A stretch of DNA of 64,000 bases, taken from positions 519,719 through 583,718 of the forward strand of contig CAVUWA010000009.1 of the NCBI GenBank assembly GCA_963744995.1. The letters are read 5' to 3'. This stretch comes from Candidatus Eiseniibacteriota bacterium. GTDB taxonomy: Bacteria; Eisenbacteria; RBG-16-71-46. This document shows, piece by piece, positions 8,576-19,130 of this stretch (the first letter of the stretch is position 1; every line of letters begins with the position of its first letter). The translations under genes and the position numbers were made by a program. Under the pieces are notes generated by a model that was given only the letters and a program-made list of their open reading frames with translations, was not told the DNA's origin and did no database searches.

Positions 8576-10347
8576 CCGCGTTCCGTGCCGGCGGCAGCGA
8601 TCCGCGCCGGGTCCATCTCATCGAGACGTGCCTCGAGGCGCCGCACGGCCGAGAGGTCCCGCTCCAGCTCGCTGCGACGCTCTGCGACCGTCTCATCCAC
8701 GCGCATCCGCTCGGCCCGCTTCAAGCCCTCGGCCAGCATGCCGATGATGCCGTGGACCTGCTGGTGGCTGGATCGCGTGAACTGCCGCCCGGCTTCGTCG
8801 AGCCGGGTGACCCAGTCGTGGCGGATCGCTTCGAGGTTCTGGTGGATGCGCCTCTCCATCAGCTCGCGCAATGCTCGACGGGCACGCGGAGCCGCCCACC
8901 TGCGCGGCAGGCGGAACATCCACCGCGGCGTCCGCAGCGGATCCCCGGCGTAGTCCCAGTCCTTGAAGTAGAAGCGGGGGCGCTCATCCATGGGGGCGGC
9001 CGCCCGCGGCACGTGCGCACGCATCCCGAGGCGCGCGTTGGCCAGGGCAAGGACGTCGCCGGCGGCATCGCCGACGCGGCGCGTGTGGGCGTCGAGCGCG
9101 CGCGTCAGACCCTCCTCGACGAGCGCCTGCGTCGCGGGATACCAGCGTCTGAGCTCCGTCACGACCCACTCGCCAAGGGCGGCGGTCTGCCGCTCGACGG
9201 TCTCGACCAGCGGATGCCCGCGCTCGCGGTCCATGGCCGCTTCGACGCGCGGCCAGAGCGCGACCGCCAGACGCTCGTGCGTCGCGTCCAGTTCCCTGCG
9301 CAGCGAGATCTCATGGACCTTCCGCACGTCGTGGCGCAGCAGCACGGCAGACCGCTCGACCGCTTCGGCGGCCTCGCGGGCGGCCAGCTCGAGACGACCG
9401 ATCAGATCTTCGAGCGCCTGCCGACCCTTTCCGAGTGCGTGGAGTTCCGCCGCCATCTCCAGCGTCAGCAGTCCGGCCGCGCGCTGGATCAGGATCCGGG
9501 CCCGGCGCTCGAGAATTCCGCTCTTCCGGCCGATCAGGAGGGCCCGCAGCGCCCGCTCGAAATCACCGAACGCCGCGGGCGGGGCGCCGTCCCGGGCGGC
9601 GGCATCCAGTGCCTGCTTCGCCGAAATGGGAAATACGTGCTCCGGAGGGACGCCGTTCTCGGCGAGCATGCGGCGCACGAACCCGACCGAGGTCGCCACG
9701 TCGTCCGGCTCGAGGACGTCGGTCCGATTGACGGCGAAGAGCACATGGTCGGTGATGCCGGCGAGCGCGGAGAGCAGTCGCCGTTCCTCTGCGCTCAGAG
9801 GCTGGTCCGCGGCCAGAACGATGACCACCGCATCGGACTCGGCAAGGAAGTCGTAGGTCACCTCGGTATTGTGTTCGAGAACCGACCCGACGCCGGGCGT
9901 GTCGACGACGGTCACGCCGGCCTGCAGGAGGGCCGACGGGAGCAGGAGGCAGGTCCGTTTCACCGCTTTCACGTTTCGCGGGTTCCCGGTTTCCGTCACG
10001 TATTGCGACAGGTGCTCCACCGGAACGCCCTCGCGGCGACCGTCGGTGAATTCGACCTCCACCTGCGGCTCGGGCGCAAAGGCGACCTCGGTGATCACCG
10101 ACGTCAGCGGAACCACGCCCATGGGCAGAACCTGTCGCCCGAGCAGCGCGTTGATCAGCGTGCTCTTGCCGCGCTTGTATTCGCCCAGGATCACCAGCCG
10201 GAACGTACCGGCCGACAGGCGTGCCTCTGCCCCGGCGAGCGCATGCAGCGCCTCGCCGTTCTCATGCTGCCCGGCGAGCGCCAGCAGTTCGGCATGCACC
10301 GCGCTCAGCGCCTCGTTCATCCTGGTGACCTGATCGCCCATCTGCAC
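8572..10347 (-). CDS. Bacterial dynamin-like GTPase
   Basis: GEYKRGKST (G1), 'VVPLTSVIT' (G2), DTPG (G3), NRTD (G4 variant), followed by a long helical stalk. Confidence 0.9.
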   Translation of the reverse strand: MQMGDQVTRMNEALSAVHAELLALAGQHENGEALHALAGAEARLSAGTFRLVILGEYKRGKSTLINALLGRQVLPMGVVPLTSVITEVAFAPEPQVEVEFTDGRREGVPVEHLSQYVTETGNPRNVKAVKRTCLLLPSALLQAGVTVVDTPGVGSVLEHNTEVTYDFLAESDAVVIVLAADQPLSAEERRLLSALAGITDHVLFAVNRTDVLEPDDVATSVGFVRRMLAENGVPPEHVFPISAKQALDAAARDGAPPAAFGDFERALRALLIGRKSGILERRARILIQRAAGLLTLEMAAELHALGKGRQALEDLIGRLELAAREAAEAVERSAVLLRHDVRKVHEISLRRELDATHERLAVALWPRVEAAMDRERGHPLVETVERQTAALGEWVVTELRRWYPATQALVEEGLTRALDAHTRRVGDAAGDVLALANARLGMRAHVPRAAAPMDERPRFYFKDWDYAGDPLRTPRWMFRLPRRWAAPRARRALRELMERRIHQNLEAIRHDWVTRLDEAGRQFTRSSHQQVHGIIGMLAEGLKRAERMRVDETVAERRSELERDLSAVRRLEARLDEMDPARIAAAGTERG

Positions 10348-10371
10348 GAACGGCTCCCACCCCGCGAAGAG

Positions 10372-10422
10372 GTAGAAGCCATCAGCCCCGGACCCGAGGC
10401 GGTTTCGGCGAGCTTCATCGCC
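10372..10422 (-). ncRNA. Fluoride riboswitch (crcB motif)
   Basis: Minus strand reads GGCGATGAAGCTCGCC-GAAACC-GCCTCGGGTCCGGGGC-TGATGGCTTCTAC. This gives P1 GGCGA/TCGCC, a P2 hairpin, pseudoknot GAAGC/GCTTC, and the conserved GATG, AAAC, TGATG and CTAC elements. Confidence 0.85.
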
Positions 10423-10443
10423 GTGAATGGAGGTGTGCCGGTG

Positions 10444-10472
10444 AACCTAGGGTGCCGCCCTGTCGGTGTCAA
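10444..10472 (-). promoter_or_regulatory. Sigma70 promoter TTGACA-N17-TAGGTT driving the riboswitch-dynamin transcript
   Basis: Consensus -35 at 10472-10467, 17-nt spacer, -10 at 10449-10444, about 20 nt upstream of the aptamer. Confidence 0.65.
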
Positions 10473-10618
10473 CGGGCAGAGCCGCGCCCTGGACGACCCA
10501 TGCCGCCGTCACCACGGCTCTCCGTCCATCGTCACGCAGGCGCGCGGGCCTCTTTCCCCATCGTCCGCCGCGCCGTTATGATGCCGACCACCATTCACCC
10601 CCGACTGCGGAGAGTCCG

Positions 10619-11131
10619 ATGGCCATCAGCAGGAAGATCGAAGCGGCGATCAACAAACAGATCAACCACGAACTCATGGCGGCCTACAGCTACCTGGCCA
10701 TTTCGGCCTGGTTCGAGCAGGAGAACCTCACCGGTTTCGCCTCCTGGTTCATGCAGCAACGGCAGGAAGAACTCGAGCATGCACAGCGCCTGTACCAGTA
10801 TCAGCTCAACCGCGGCGGCAAGGTCGCGCTGGAGGCGTTGCCGAAGCCCAAGGCCACGTTCACGACGGCGCTCGCGGCTTTCAAGGCCTCGTTCGAGCTC
10901 GAAAAGGCGAACACGCGCGCGATCAACGCCCTCTACCAGCTCGCCAAGGCGGAGGATGACTTCGCTACGCTCAGCCATCTGCAGTGGTTTCTCGACGAGC
11001 AGGTCGAAGAGGAGAAGACGATGAGCGAGTCGATCGCTCTGCTCGAGCTGGCGGGCAAGGACTCGAGCGCTTTGCTCATGCTCAACGAGAAATTCGGATC
11101 GCGCGGGCCGGAGAGCGCCGAGGAGGCCTGA
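10619..11131 (+). CDS. ftnA: Non-heme ferritin
   Basis: INKQINHELMAAYSYL, QRQEELEHA, ELEKANT, LQWFLDEQVEEE ferroxidase-centre pattern; GGAGAG RBS. Confidence 0.9.
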   Translation: MAISRKIEAAINKQINHELMAAYSYLAISAWFEQENLTGFASWFMQQRQEELEHAQRLYQYQLNRGGKVALEALPKPKATFTTALAAFKASFELEKANTRAINALYQLAKAEDDFATLSHLQWFLDEQVEEEKTMSESIALLELAGKDSSALLMLNEKFGSRGPESAEEA

Positions 11132-11383
11132 CGGGCACCGCGCGCCATGACGTCGGCTCGCGGTGATCGGCGCAACTCGAGTCGGGGCCGCCATATCGCG
11201 GCCGGGAGCCACACGCGCGTCCAGGGGTGACTTCGCCACTCACGTGCCAGGCCGGCGCCGGAGGCGAGAGGGCGGCACGCTACATTGGTCGTTGTCCACG
11301 GTCTCCGGACGGATCTAGACTCCGCCTCTCGCCATGAAGTTCCCATTCGCCGCCGGGAACCGCTCTCGGCAACGGAGGCCGCC

Positions 11384-14300
11384 ATGCTGCGATTGGATTC
11401 GCCGCGCACGCTCCTCTTGGTTCTGCTCCTGTCGGCGTGCTTCTGCCAGCCCGCCCTGGCGCAGGATCCGCCGCCGACGCTCCGGCTCGACGAGTCCGGC
11501 ATCATGCCGGCACCCGACGCTCCGCCCTGCAGCTTCGGGCTGCGCGCGACGCCCGGGTCGGTCGAACAGGAGAGCACCCGCCCCGGCGCCACGATCGACG
11601 CCTGCGGCCGCCTGCATCTGACCAGCGGCGGCACGCTTTCCTCGCTGTCGCCGCCGCTGATCGATGAGGCGGTCCTGGCCAACGCCCGCATCGACAGCAT
11701 GCTCGTCTACGCCTCGACCTTCGGCTACAGCGACAGCTACTCGCCCGGTGGCACCCTGCACCTGATTGCGCATGCCGAGCAGTACTACCTCGACAACGGC
11801 ACGAGCTGGGGCAGCGGAGCCGGCAGCCACCATCCGACCTATGCGACGTTCGATCATGTGGAGGCGTCCGCCGAAACACTGCGTTTCGTGCTGACGCCGC
11901 CGGCCGACGGCGTGCTCTACTCGCAGATCGACTACGACTCCGGCGACCACTCTTCGCAGGGAACGATCGCCGTGGAGGGACCGTTGGTCATCGTGGCCCT
12001 CGCGGGGGCCACCGAAGGCACCCTGTTCGGTTACGGCCGCGTCGTCTCGAACGACGCCACCTGGTACGGCGAGCCGCGCTTCAATTACTTCAGCGCCCCG
12101 GTCGGCTCCCTCGTGCCATTCCGCATGCGGTATCAGCTCTACTCCGGGAGCACGTTCTCGAGCACCCTGTTTGCCGGGAGCTTCAGCTACGGCGGAAGCG
12201 GAACGGTCGACTTTGCGCACGCGATCCGACCCCCGCTGGTCGCGCTCGAGGTGAAGGGGCCGCCGCGCATTCCCGACGAGACCACGGTGGCATACCGCGC
12301 CATCGCGAGCTACGAAGGCGGAACCCTGGTGGATGTCACCGAGCAGGCGGACTGGAGCGTCACCCCGTCGGATGCGGCGACGATCAGCGCCGGTGCGCTG
12401 ACCGTCGGATTGCTGAGCGGGCCCCAGACGTTCTCGCTGCACGCGGCGTACGAGGAGGGAGGCGTTCAGGTCGCGGACGATGCGCAGGTCCTCGCGCGCC
12501 ACGACTTCTACGCGACCGATCACACCGCATGGCCGATGTATCAGGCCGACAGCCGCCACACCGGCGCCGTCCCCGTGACCCCGAACCTCTCGAGGTTCCA
12601 GCTCCTCTGGCAGCGCAACCTCGGCCTCGCGCTCAACCCCGTCGCCGCGGGCGATGGGCGGGTGTTCTGCACCGGCGTCACCTACTTCGCCGCGAGCAGT
12701 CCGCTCTACGCGCTCGATGCGACGACGGGAGCGACGCTGTGGTCCTTCGACTTCGGCGGCGTCTTTTCCGTGAATCCGCCCAGCTACGCCTATGGCAACG
12801 TCTACGTGCAGACCGGCAACCACAGCACGGACACGTGGCTGCATGCCTTCGACGGGGAGACCGGCGAGCGCGTGTTCCGCACCCCGCATCAGGCGCAGTG
12901 GGAGCGCTACTTCGCACCCACGATCCTCGACGGCAGGGTCTACGTGGATGGCGGGTACTACGGCGGGATGTATGCCTTCGACGCGCTCACGGGCGGTCAG
13001 ATCTGGTTCCACTCCCTGCCGCAGTACGACCAGTGGACGCCCGCGGTCGGCGACGATTACGCGTACGCCTACGTCGGTGAGTACAGCCCCGGGCTCTACG
13101 CGTTGCGGAAGAGCGACGGGCAGCAGGCGTTCACGATTCCCGATCCCGACTTCGACTGGAACGGCTGGAGCATGGATCTGGCGCCGGTGATCGGTACGCA
13201 TGACGACGTGGTGGCGATCCACGACGGCCGCCTGATCAGCTTCGACGTCGCCCAGCGGCAGATGCGCTGGCAGCGGGAGGAGGCCTATCAGGGCCAGCCC
13301 TCCGTCGTGGACGACGTCATCTACGCCATCGACGGCGGCGCGCTGGTCGCGCTGAACGAAGTGACGGGTGCGCCGATCTGGTCGTGGGCGCCCGCCTCGG
13401 ATGCGCTTCAGGGCGCGCTGATCGTCACCGCGAGCCTCGCGTTCACCTCGTCGGCCACTCATGTGTACGCAGTCAGCCTGGACGGCCGCAATGAGGTCTG
13501 GTCGCACGCGGTGGGAGGTCATCTCGCGATCGCAAACGGGGCGCTCTACGTGGCGTCCGCCGCCGGCGTGCTCAGCGCGTTCGACATCGGCATCGGGCCG
13601 CCGCTCGTGGCACACGCCGGGCCCGACACCACGCTGGAGTGCGCGGCCGCGGCGGGTGGCACCCAGGCGATGCTCGACGGTTCCGCCTCGGAAGGTCCCG
13701 ATCTGTCCTTCGACTGGACCGCACCCGGCGTCACCTTCGACGATCCGCATTCGGTCACCCCGACCGGAACGTTCCCGCTCGGCGTGAACGAGGTGGTGCT
13801 CACCGTCTCGCGCGACGGGAACATCGACCGCGACACGGTCGTGGTCACCGTGCTCGATACGACGGACCCGAGCCTGGCGCTGGGATTCGAGCCGCCGATC
13901 CTGTGGCCGCCGGACCATCAGCTCGTCCACGTCCATGTATCGGCGGTGCCCGCCGACGCGTGCGACAGCGCACCCGCGTTCAAGCTGCTGTCGGTGACGA
14001 GCAGCGAGTCGGATGGGGGCCCCGGCGATCCGTTCCCGGACGACATCCTCGACGCCAGCTACGGCCAGGCCGACGTCGACATCTGGCTGCGGGCCCAGCG
14101 CGATGCGGGCGGACCCGGCCGCACCTACACGCTGTGCTATGAAGTGCGGGACGCGGCCGGACACGCCGTCACACAGTGCGCCGCGGTGATCGTGCCGAAG
14201 TCGCTCGGCCGCGCGCAGCTCGTGCCGGGGACGCCGCAGCGGCTGACGATCTTCGGCGCCGCCGGATTGCCGGTCACGAGCGTGGACGAAGCGACGGTCG

Positions 14301-14794
14301 TGGTGACCACCGGGGTCGAAGACCTCTGGCGGGCCGCCGCCGGATCCGGCGTGGCAGCCGACGTGGATGGCGACGGACTCATGGACGACACCTGGTCGCT
14401 GGAGTCCGTCGACGGATCGACCGGCGTCGACGCAGGAGGCGCGGCGCTCTATTCACGCTGGCGCGCCGGGAGCGACGGGTACTACGCCGTGCTGGCCGGC
14501 GAGGGCGTCACGGCGGTCGATGGCACCGCGACGACGCTGCGCATCGGCCTGGCCGCGAATCCTGCGCTTCGCAGTGCGCGCCTGCTCTATGACCTGCCCG
14601 CTCCCGGTCATGTGCGGCTGACGATCCACGACGTCGCCGGCCGTGTCGTGGCGCGGCTCGTGGACGGCTGGCTCGAGGCGGGGCATCACGAAGCGACATT
14701 TGCACCGCAGGGCCCGGCACCGGGGACGCTGCTCTTCTACCGGCTCGAGTGGAACGGGCAGCGACGGCAGGGCAAGCTCGTTCTGCTGAATTGA
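11384..14794 (+). CDS. Large secreted PQQ-like beta-propeller protein with Ig/PKD-like domains and FlgD-like C-terminus
   Basis: GGAGG RBS; signal peptide; 'WPMYQADSRHTG' and repeated 'LYALDATTGATLW' blades; 'VAHAGPD..' PKD-like segment; 'LWPPDHQL' domain; C-terminal 'IHDVAGRVVARL'. Confidence 0.8.
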   Translation: MLRLDSPRTLLLVLLLSACFCQPALAQDPPPTLRLDESGIMPAPDAPPCSFGLRATPGSVEQESTRPGATIDACGRLHLTSGGTLSSLSPPLIDEAVLANARIDSMLVYASTFGYSDSYSPGGTLHLIAHAEQYYLDNGTSWGSGAGSHHPTYATFDHVEASAETLRFVLTPPADGVLYSQIDYDSGDHSSQGTIAVEGPLVIVALAGATEGTLFGYGRVVSNDATWYGEPRFNYFSAPVGSLVPFRMRYQLYSGSTFSSTLFAGSFSYGGSGTVDFAHAIRPPLVALEVKGPPRIPDETTVAYRAIASYEGGTLVDVTEQADWSVTPSDAATISAGALTVGLLSGPQTFSLHAAYEEGGVQVADDAQVLARHDFYATDHTAWPMYQADSRHTGAVPVTPNLSRFQLLWQRNLGLALNPVAAGDGRVFCTGVTYFAASSPLYALDATTGATLWSFDFGGVFSVNPPSYAYGNVYVQTGNHSTDTWLHAFDGETGERVFRTPHQAQWERYFAPTILDGRVYVDGGYYGGMYAFDALTGGQIWFHSLPQYDQWTPAVGDDYAYAYVGEYSPGLYALRKSDGQQAFTIPDPDFDWNGWSMDLAPVIGTHDDVVAIHDGRLISFDVAQRQMRWQREEAYQGQPSVVDDVIYAIDGGALVALNEVTGAPIWSWAPASDALQGALIVTASLAFTSSATHVYAVSLDGRNEVWSHAVGGHLAIANGALYVASAAGVLSAFDIGIGPPLVAHAGPDTTLECAAAAGGTQAMLDGSASEGPDLSFDWTAPGVTFDDPHSVTPTGTFPLGVNEVVLTVSRDGNIDRDTVVVTVLDTTDPSLALGFEPPILWPPDHQLVHVHVSAVPADACDSAPAFKLLSVTSSESDGGPGDPFPDDILDASYGQADVDIWLRAQRDAGGPGRTYTLCYEVRDAAGHAVTQCAAVIVPKSLGRAQLVPGTPQRLTIFGAAGLPVTSVDEATVVVTTGVEDLWRAAAGSGVAADVDGDGLMDDTWSLESVDGSTGVDAGGAALYSRWRAGSDGYYAVLAGEGVTAVDGTATTLRIGLAANPALRSARLLYDLPAPGHVRLTIHDVAGRVVARLVDGWLEAGHHEATFAPQGPAPGTLLFYRLEWNGQRRQGKLVLLN

Positions 14795-14858
14795 GGGGTC
14801 GGGACGGCGCAGCCGCGCGCGGCGAACAGGGGACGCGCCTGGCTGTGCCGCCCCGGGG

Positions 14859-15803
14859 TCACGGATCGAATCCCTGCACGCGACGGTCCGAACGGGCGGC
14901 GCCGAGAGGCTGGGCCGGGTGCTCGGCCATCCAGTGCCTGGCGATCTCCTCGCGACGGCAGATCCACACCGCGTCGTGGCCCCGCACGTAGTCGAGAAAG
15001 CGCGCCACTGCCATCGCCCGCGCCGGATGGCCGCTGATCCGTGCGTGCAGGCCGACGCTCATCATCTTCGGGTGCTGCGCGCCCTCCTCCCACAGCAGAT
15101 CGAAAGCATCCTTGAGCAGCCGGAAGAAGTCCCTGGCGGTGGCGAACCCGTTCGGCAGCAGATATCGCGCGTCGTTGTTCACCAGCGTGTAGGGAATCGC
15201 CAGGAGCGCGGGCGACCCCGCGAGCCAGTAGGGCAGGTCGTCGTTGTAGGCATCCGAGCTGTAGAGGAGACCGCCGTGCTCCCGCAGCAGGCGGCGGGTG
15301 TTCGCGCTGACGCGACCGGTATACCAGCCGACCGGAGCCTTGCCGCAGATCCGCTCGATGACCTCGCAGGTCAGGCGGATGTGGCGCCGCTCGGTGTCTT
15401 CGGGCACGCGGCGGTAGTCCAGCCAGCGGTAGCCATGACCTGCGATCTCGTGCCCGGCGTCGGCGAGCGCGCGGCCGATCTCCGGGTTCAGCTCCAGCGC
15501 CCGGCCGGCGGCGAAGGCGGTCAGCGGTACCCCGCGCGCCGCGAACAGCTCGAGCATGCGCCACACGCCCGCGCGCGATCCGTACTCGTACATGCTCTCG
15601 ACGCTCGGGTCGCGTTCGCCGTCGCGCGGCGGACGGCCGGGCAGCTCGTGGAGGTAGGACTCGGAGCGGACATCGCCCTCGAGAGTGCTCGACTCGGCGC
15701 CTTCCTCGACGTTGAGCACGAATTGAAGGGCGAGGCGCGCATCCCCGGGCCAGCGCGGGTGGGGCGGGCGGCCGGCGTAGCCGGCGAGGTCGCGATCGCC
15801 CAT
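14859..15803 (-). CDS. puuE: Polysaccharide-deacetylase-fold allantoinase PuuE-like protein
   Basis: RDLAGYAGRPPHPRWPGDARLALQFVLNVEEG, SMYEYGSRAGVWR, HGYRW, GWYTGR, YNDDLPYW, KMMSVGLH. Confidence 0.8.
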   Translation of the reverse strand: MGDRDLAGYAGRPPHPRWPGDARLALQFVLNVEEGAESSTLEGDVRSESYLHELPGRPPRDGERDPSVESMYEYGSRAGVWRMLELFAARGVPLTAFAAGRALELNPEIGRALADAGHEIAGHGYRWLDYRRVPEDTERRHIRLTCEVIERICGKAPVGWYTGRVSANTRRLLREHGGLLYSSDAYNDDLPYWLAGSPALLAIPYTLVNNDARYLLPNGFATARDFFRLLKDAFDLLWEEGAQHPKMMSVGLHARISGHPARAMAVARFLDYVRGHDAVWICRREEIARHWMAEHPAQPLGAARSDRRVQGFDP

Positions 15804-16054
15804 CAGAGGGCGCCGGCAGGCATGACGATTTCTGCCACGGTGGTCAGGCGCGGGAGGCCCGGTCCTCGGATCGTGTTCCGCATGGACCCGACTCTACCTC
15901 AGGCGCCGCGGTCCACGCCGCCGGATCCGGCCGGGCTGCGGCAGGCGGGGTGGGGACGCGGGCGCTTTCCCCGCGAAGCGCATGCGCTCCTCGCGGACGG
16001 AGCGGGACGAAGCGCTGGCGCGACGGGGGGCGCAGGCGTAGCGTCGAGCGTCGC

Positions 16055-16729
16055 ATGCTCGATTCCGCCGGCATCAAACGGTTCTACGACCGGTTCGGCG
16101 CCCGTCAGGACAGTCAGGCCTTCTACGAGGACGCCGCTCTGGATCTTCTGTTCGAGCACTCCGACTTCGCCGGCAGCTCCACCGTCGCCGAGTTCGGCTG
16201 CGGGACCGGCCGCTTCGCGCAGCGGATCCTGGCCGCAGCCCCGTCGGCAAGCTACGTCGGCTTCGATGTCAGCGCGACGATGCTCGACCTCACCCGCGGG
16301 CGACTGGCGTCGTTCGGTTCGCGGGCGCGGACGCAGCCACTGGAGCCCGGAGCCGTGACGCTGCCGCTTGCGGCGCATTCGGTGGACCGTCTGGTCAGCA
16401 CCTATGTTCTCGATCTTCTGTCGGGGCCGCAGATCACCGGCTTTCTGCAGGACGCGCAGCGCGTCCTGACGCCGAACGGCCGGCTGTGCCTGGTGAGCCT
16501 GACCACGGGGGGAGGCGTGCTCACCCGGGCGGTATCCACCCTGTGGAAGATCGTGTACCGGCTGCGGCCGGCCGCGGTCGGTGGCTGCCGTCCGCTCCGA
16601 CTGGCGCCGGTCTGCGCGGCTTGGGGGTGGCGGGCGCTTCATCACGAGACCGTGGTGCGCTGGGGTCTCACGTCGGAAGTGCTGACAGCCGGGCCGCCCG
16701 ACCCGGGAGTCGCCGGCCCCGCGACCTGA
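16055..16729 (+). CDS. Class I SAM-dependent methyltransferase
   Basis: EFGCGTG motif I, 'GFDVSATML', 'DRLVSTYVLDL', 'RVLTPNGRL'. Confidence 0.85.
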   Translation: MLDSAGIKRFYDRFGARQDSQAFYEDAALDLLFEHSDFAGSSTVAEFGCGTGRFAQRILAAAPSASYVGFDVSATMLDLTRGRLASFGSRARTQPLEPGAVTLPLAAHSVDRLVSTYVLDLLSGPQITGFLQDAQRVLTPNGRLCLVSLTTGGGVLTRAVSTLWKIVYRLRPAAVGGCRPLRLAPVCAAWGWRALHHETVVRWGLTSEVLTAGPPDPGVAGPAT

Positions 16730-16811
16730 GACAGGCTGCACCCGGGGCGCTTTCCTCCACGGCACCGCTGCCGGTTGCCAGCCCACCACCGCCCTGGGCT
16801 ACATTGCGCCC

Positions 16812-19130
16812 ATGCCACTGCCCCTCGGCACCCGGCTCGGCTCCTACGAGATCCTGTCGCGCCTCGGCGCGGGCGGAATGGGGGAGGTCTACCGCGCGCG
16901 GGATCATCACCTCGGGCGCGAGATCGCCCTCAAGGTCCTGCCCGCGGGCATGAGTGCCAACGCCGAGCGGCTGGCCCGCTTCGAACGTGAAGCCAGGGCG
17001 GTGGCCTCGCTCAACCACGCCAACATCGTCACGCTGCACTCCCTCGAAGAGCAGGACGGCGTCCGCTTCATCACCATGGAGCTGGTCGAGGGTTCGAGCC
17101 TGGATGGGGTGCTCGTCCCCGGGGGACTGCCGCCGCTGCGCGTCATCGAGCTGGGCATCGCACTGGCTGACGCCCTGGTCGCGGCGCATGAAAAGGGAGT
17201 CGTCCATCGCGACCTGAAACCCGCGAACGTGATGCTGGCCAGGGACGGGCGGGTGAAGGTGCTCGACTTCGGCCTGGCGAAGCTGGCGGCGCCGGACCAG
17301 GGGCATGAGCCGACGCAGGCGCCGACGCTCCCGACGCCGTTGTCCGCCGAGGGTCTGGTCGTGGGAACCGTGCCCTACATGGCGCCCGAGCAGTTGCGCG
17401 GCGAGGCCGTCGACGCACGCACGGACGTGTTCGCGCTCGGCGTCGTCCTCTACGAACTGGCGTCGGGAAGAAGACCGTTCACCGGCCCCACGCACGCCGA
17501 GATCACTTCGGCCATTCTGCGCGACGCGCCCGCTCCGCTGGGGACGCTGCGCGCCGATCTCCCCGCCGAGTTGCAGCACATTGTGAGCCGGTGCCTGGAA
17601 AAGCAGCCTTCGCAACGGGTTCAGACGGCTCGCGACGTCGCGAACGAGCTGCGGGCGCTGCACAGGGCGCTGCAGCCGTCCGAGTCGCCGTCGCCGGTCC
17701 GGCCCGTGTCGGACCGGCCGGCCACCATCGCGGTGCTGCCGCTCGAGATCCTCTCCGGGGACCCCGGGCAGGAGTACCTGGCGGACGGAATGACCGAGGC
17801 GCTGATCTCGACCCTCGGCCGCGTCCGATCTCTGCGCGTCATTTCGCGGACTTCGGTGATGACCTACAAGGGAATCCGAAAACCCGCACCGACGATCGCG
17901 CGCGAGCTGAACGCGGACACCATCGTCGAGGGAACGCTGTTGTCGGTCGGTGACGACCTGCGGATCACCGTCCAGATGATCGCCGCCCGGGACGACGTGC
18001 TGCTCTGGTCACAGAGTTTCGATCGGGAGCTGCGCAACGTCCTGAGCCTGCAGACCGAGGTGGCCCGTGCGATCGCCGCGGCGGTCGAGGCCCGGCTGAC
18101 ACAAAGCGAAGAAGCGCAGCTGGGAAGTCAGCGCGAAGTGGCGCCGGAAGTTTACCGACTGGAGATGCTGGGCCGGCACGCGCTGGCGCAGCGCGTCATC
18201 ACCAGCCTGCGGCTCGCCGTCAAGCACTTCGAAGAAGCGTCCACGCTCGACCCCAGCTACGCGCCGGCCTTCGCCGGCCTGGCCGAGGCGCGGCTGCTGC
18301 TGTCGAACTACGGGGTCGAGGCTCCGGCAGCCACGCACCAGGCGGCTCGCGACGCCGCGGAACGCGCCATCGCGCTCGACCCGGCGAACGCCGAGGCCTA
18401 CGTCTCCCTCGCCATCCTCCTGTGGCAGTACGAATGGTCGTGGGAGGAAGCCGACAGGACGATCCGCCGGGCCATCGAGCTGAATCCGAATTCCGCGAAC
18501 GCCCGCCACTGGCACTCGGCGATTCTCAGCACGGCGCTTCACCGGCACGACGAAGCGCTGGAGGAGAACCGGATCGCCCGGACCCTCGACCCTCTGTCGC
18601 ACATTCTCATCACGTTCGAGGGCTGGGTGCGCGTCTTCGAGGACCGCTGCGATCTGGCGATCGAACCCTTGCAGAGGACGCTCGAGCTCGCGCCGACCTT
18701 CGTTCCGGCGTTGCTGTTCCTCGGACTGGCCCTCGCCAGGCTCGGGCGCGCCGACGAGGGCGTGGGGCACCTCGAGCGGGCGGTGGAGTCCTCGGGGCGG
18801 CTGGCGCGCGCGCTCGCGTATCTGAGTTTCGTCTGCGGTCGCGCCGGGCAGGAGGGGAAGGCGCGCCGGGCGCTCGACGAGCTCGAGGAACGCTCCCTGG
18901 GGAACTACGTCCCGCCGTACTTCCTGGCGATCGCCAACAGCGCATGCGGCCGGATGGACAGGGCCGTGGAATGGCTGGAGCGCGGGTTCGCCGAGCGCGA
19001 CGTCATGATGCGCGACCTCGGCGTCGACGTGGCCTGCCAGGCGTTACGAGAGGATGCACGCGGCCTCGACGTCGCACGCCGCATGGGCCTGGTGCGGACC
19101 CAGCCCGACGGAGGTCGCTCGGGCCACTGA
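16812..19130 (+). CDS. Hanks-type Ser/Thr protein kinase with TolB-N-like domain and TPR repeats
   Basis: GAGGMGEVY, IALK, HRDLKPAN, DFG, YMAPE; 'IAVLPL...EYLADGMTEALI' domain; TPRs. Confidence 0.92.
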   Translation: MPLPLGTRLGSYEILSRLGAGGMGEVYRARDHHLGREIALKVLPAGMSANAERLARFEREARAVASLNHANIVTLHSLEEQDGVRFITMELVEGSSLDGVLVPGGLPPLRVIELGIALADALVAAHEKGVVHRDLKPANVMLARDGRVKVLDFGLAKLAAPDQGHEPTQAPTLPTPLSAEGLVVGTVPYMAPEQLRGEAVDARTDVFALGVVLYELASGRRPFTGPTHAEITSAILRDAPAPLGTLRADLPAELQHIVSRCLEKQPSQRVQTARDVANELRALHRALQPSESPSPVRPVSDRPATIAVLPLEILSGDPGQEYLADGMTEALISTLGRVRSLRVISRTSVMTYKGIRKPAPTIARELNADTIVEGTLLSVGDDLRITVQMIAARDDVLLWSQSFDRELRNVLSLQTEVARAIAAAVEARLTQSEEAQLGSQREVAPEVYRLEMLGRHALAQRVITSLRLAVKHFEEASTLDPSYAPAFAGLAEARLLLSNYGVEAPAATHQAARDAAERAIALDPANAEAYVSLAILLWQYEWSWEEADRTIRRAIELNPNSANARHWHSAILSTALHRHDEALEENRIARTLDPLSHILITFEGWVRVFEDRCDLAIEPLQRTLELAPTFVPALLFLGLALARLGRADEGVGHLERAVESSGRLARALAYLSFVCGRAGQEGKARRALDELEERSLGNYVPPYFLAIANSACGRMDRAVEWLERGFAERDVMMRDLGVDVACQALREDARGLDVARRMGLVRTQPDGGRSGH

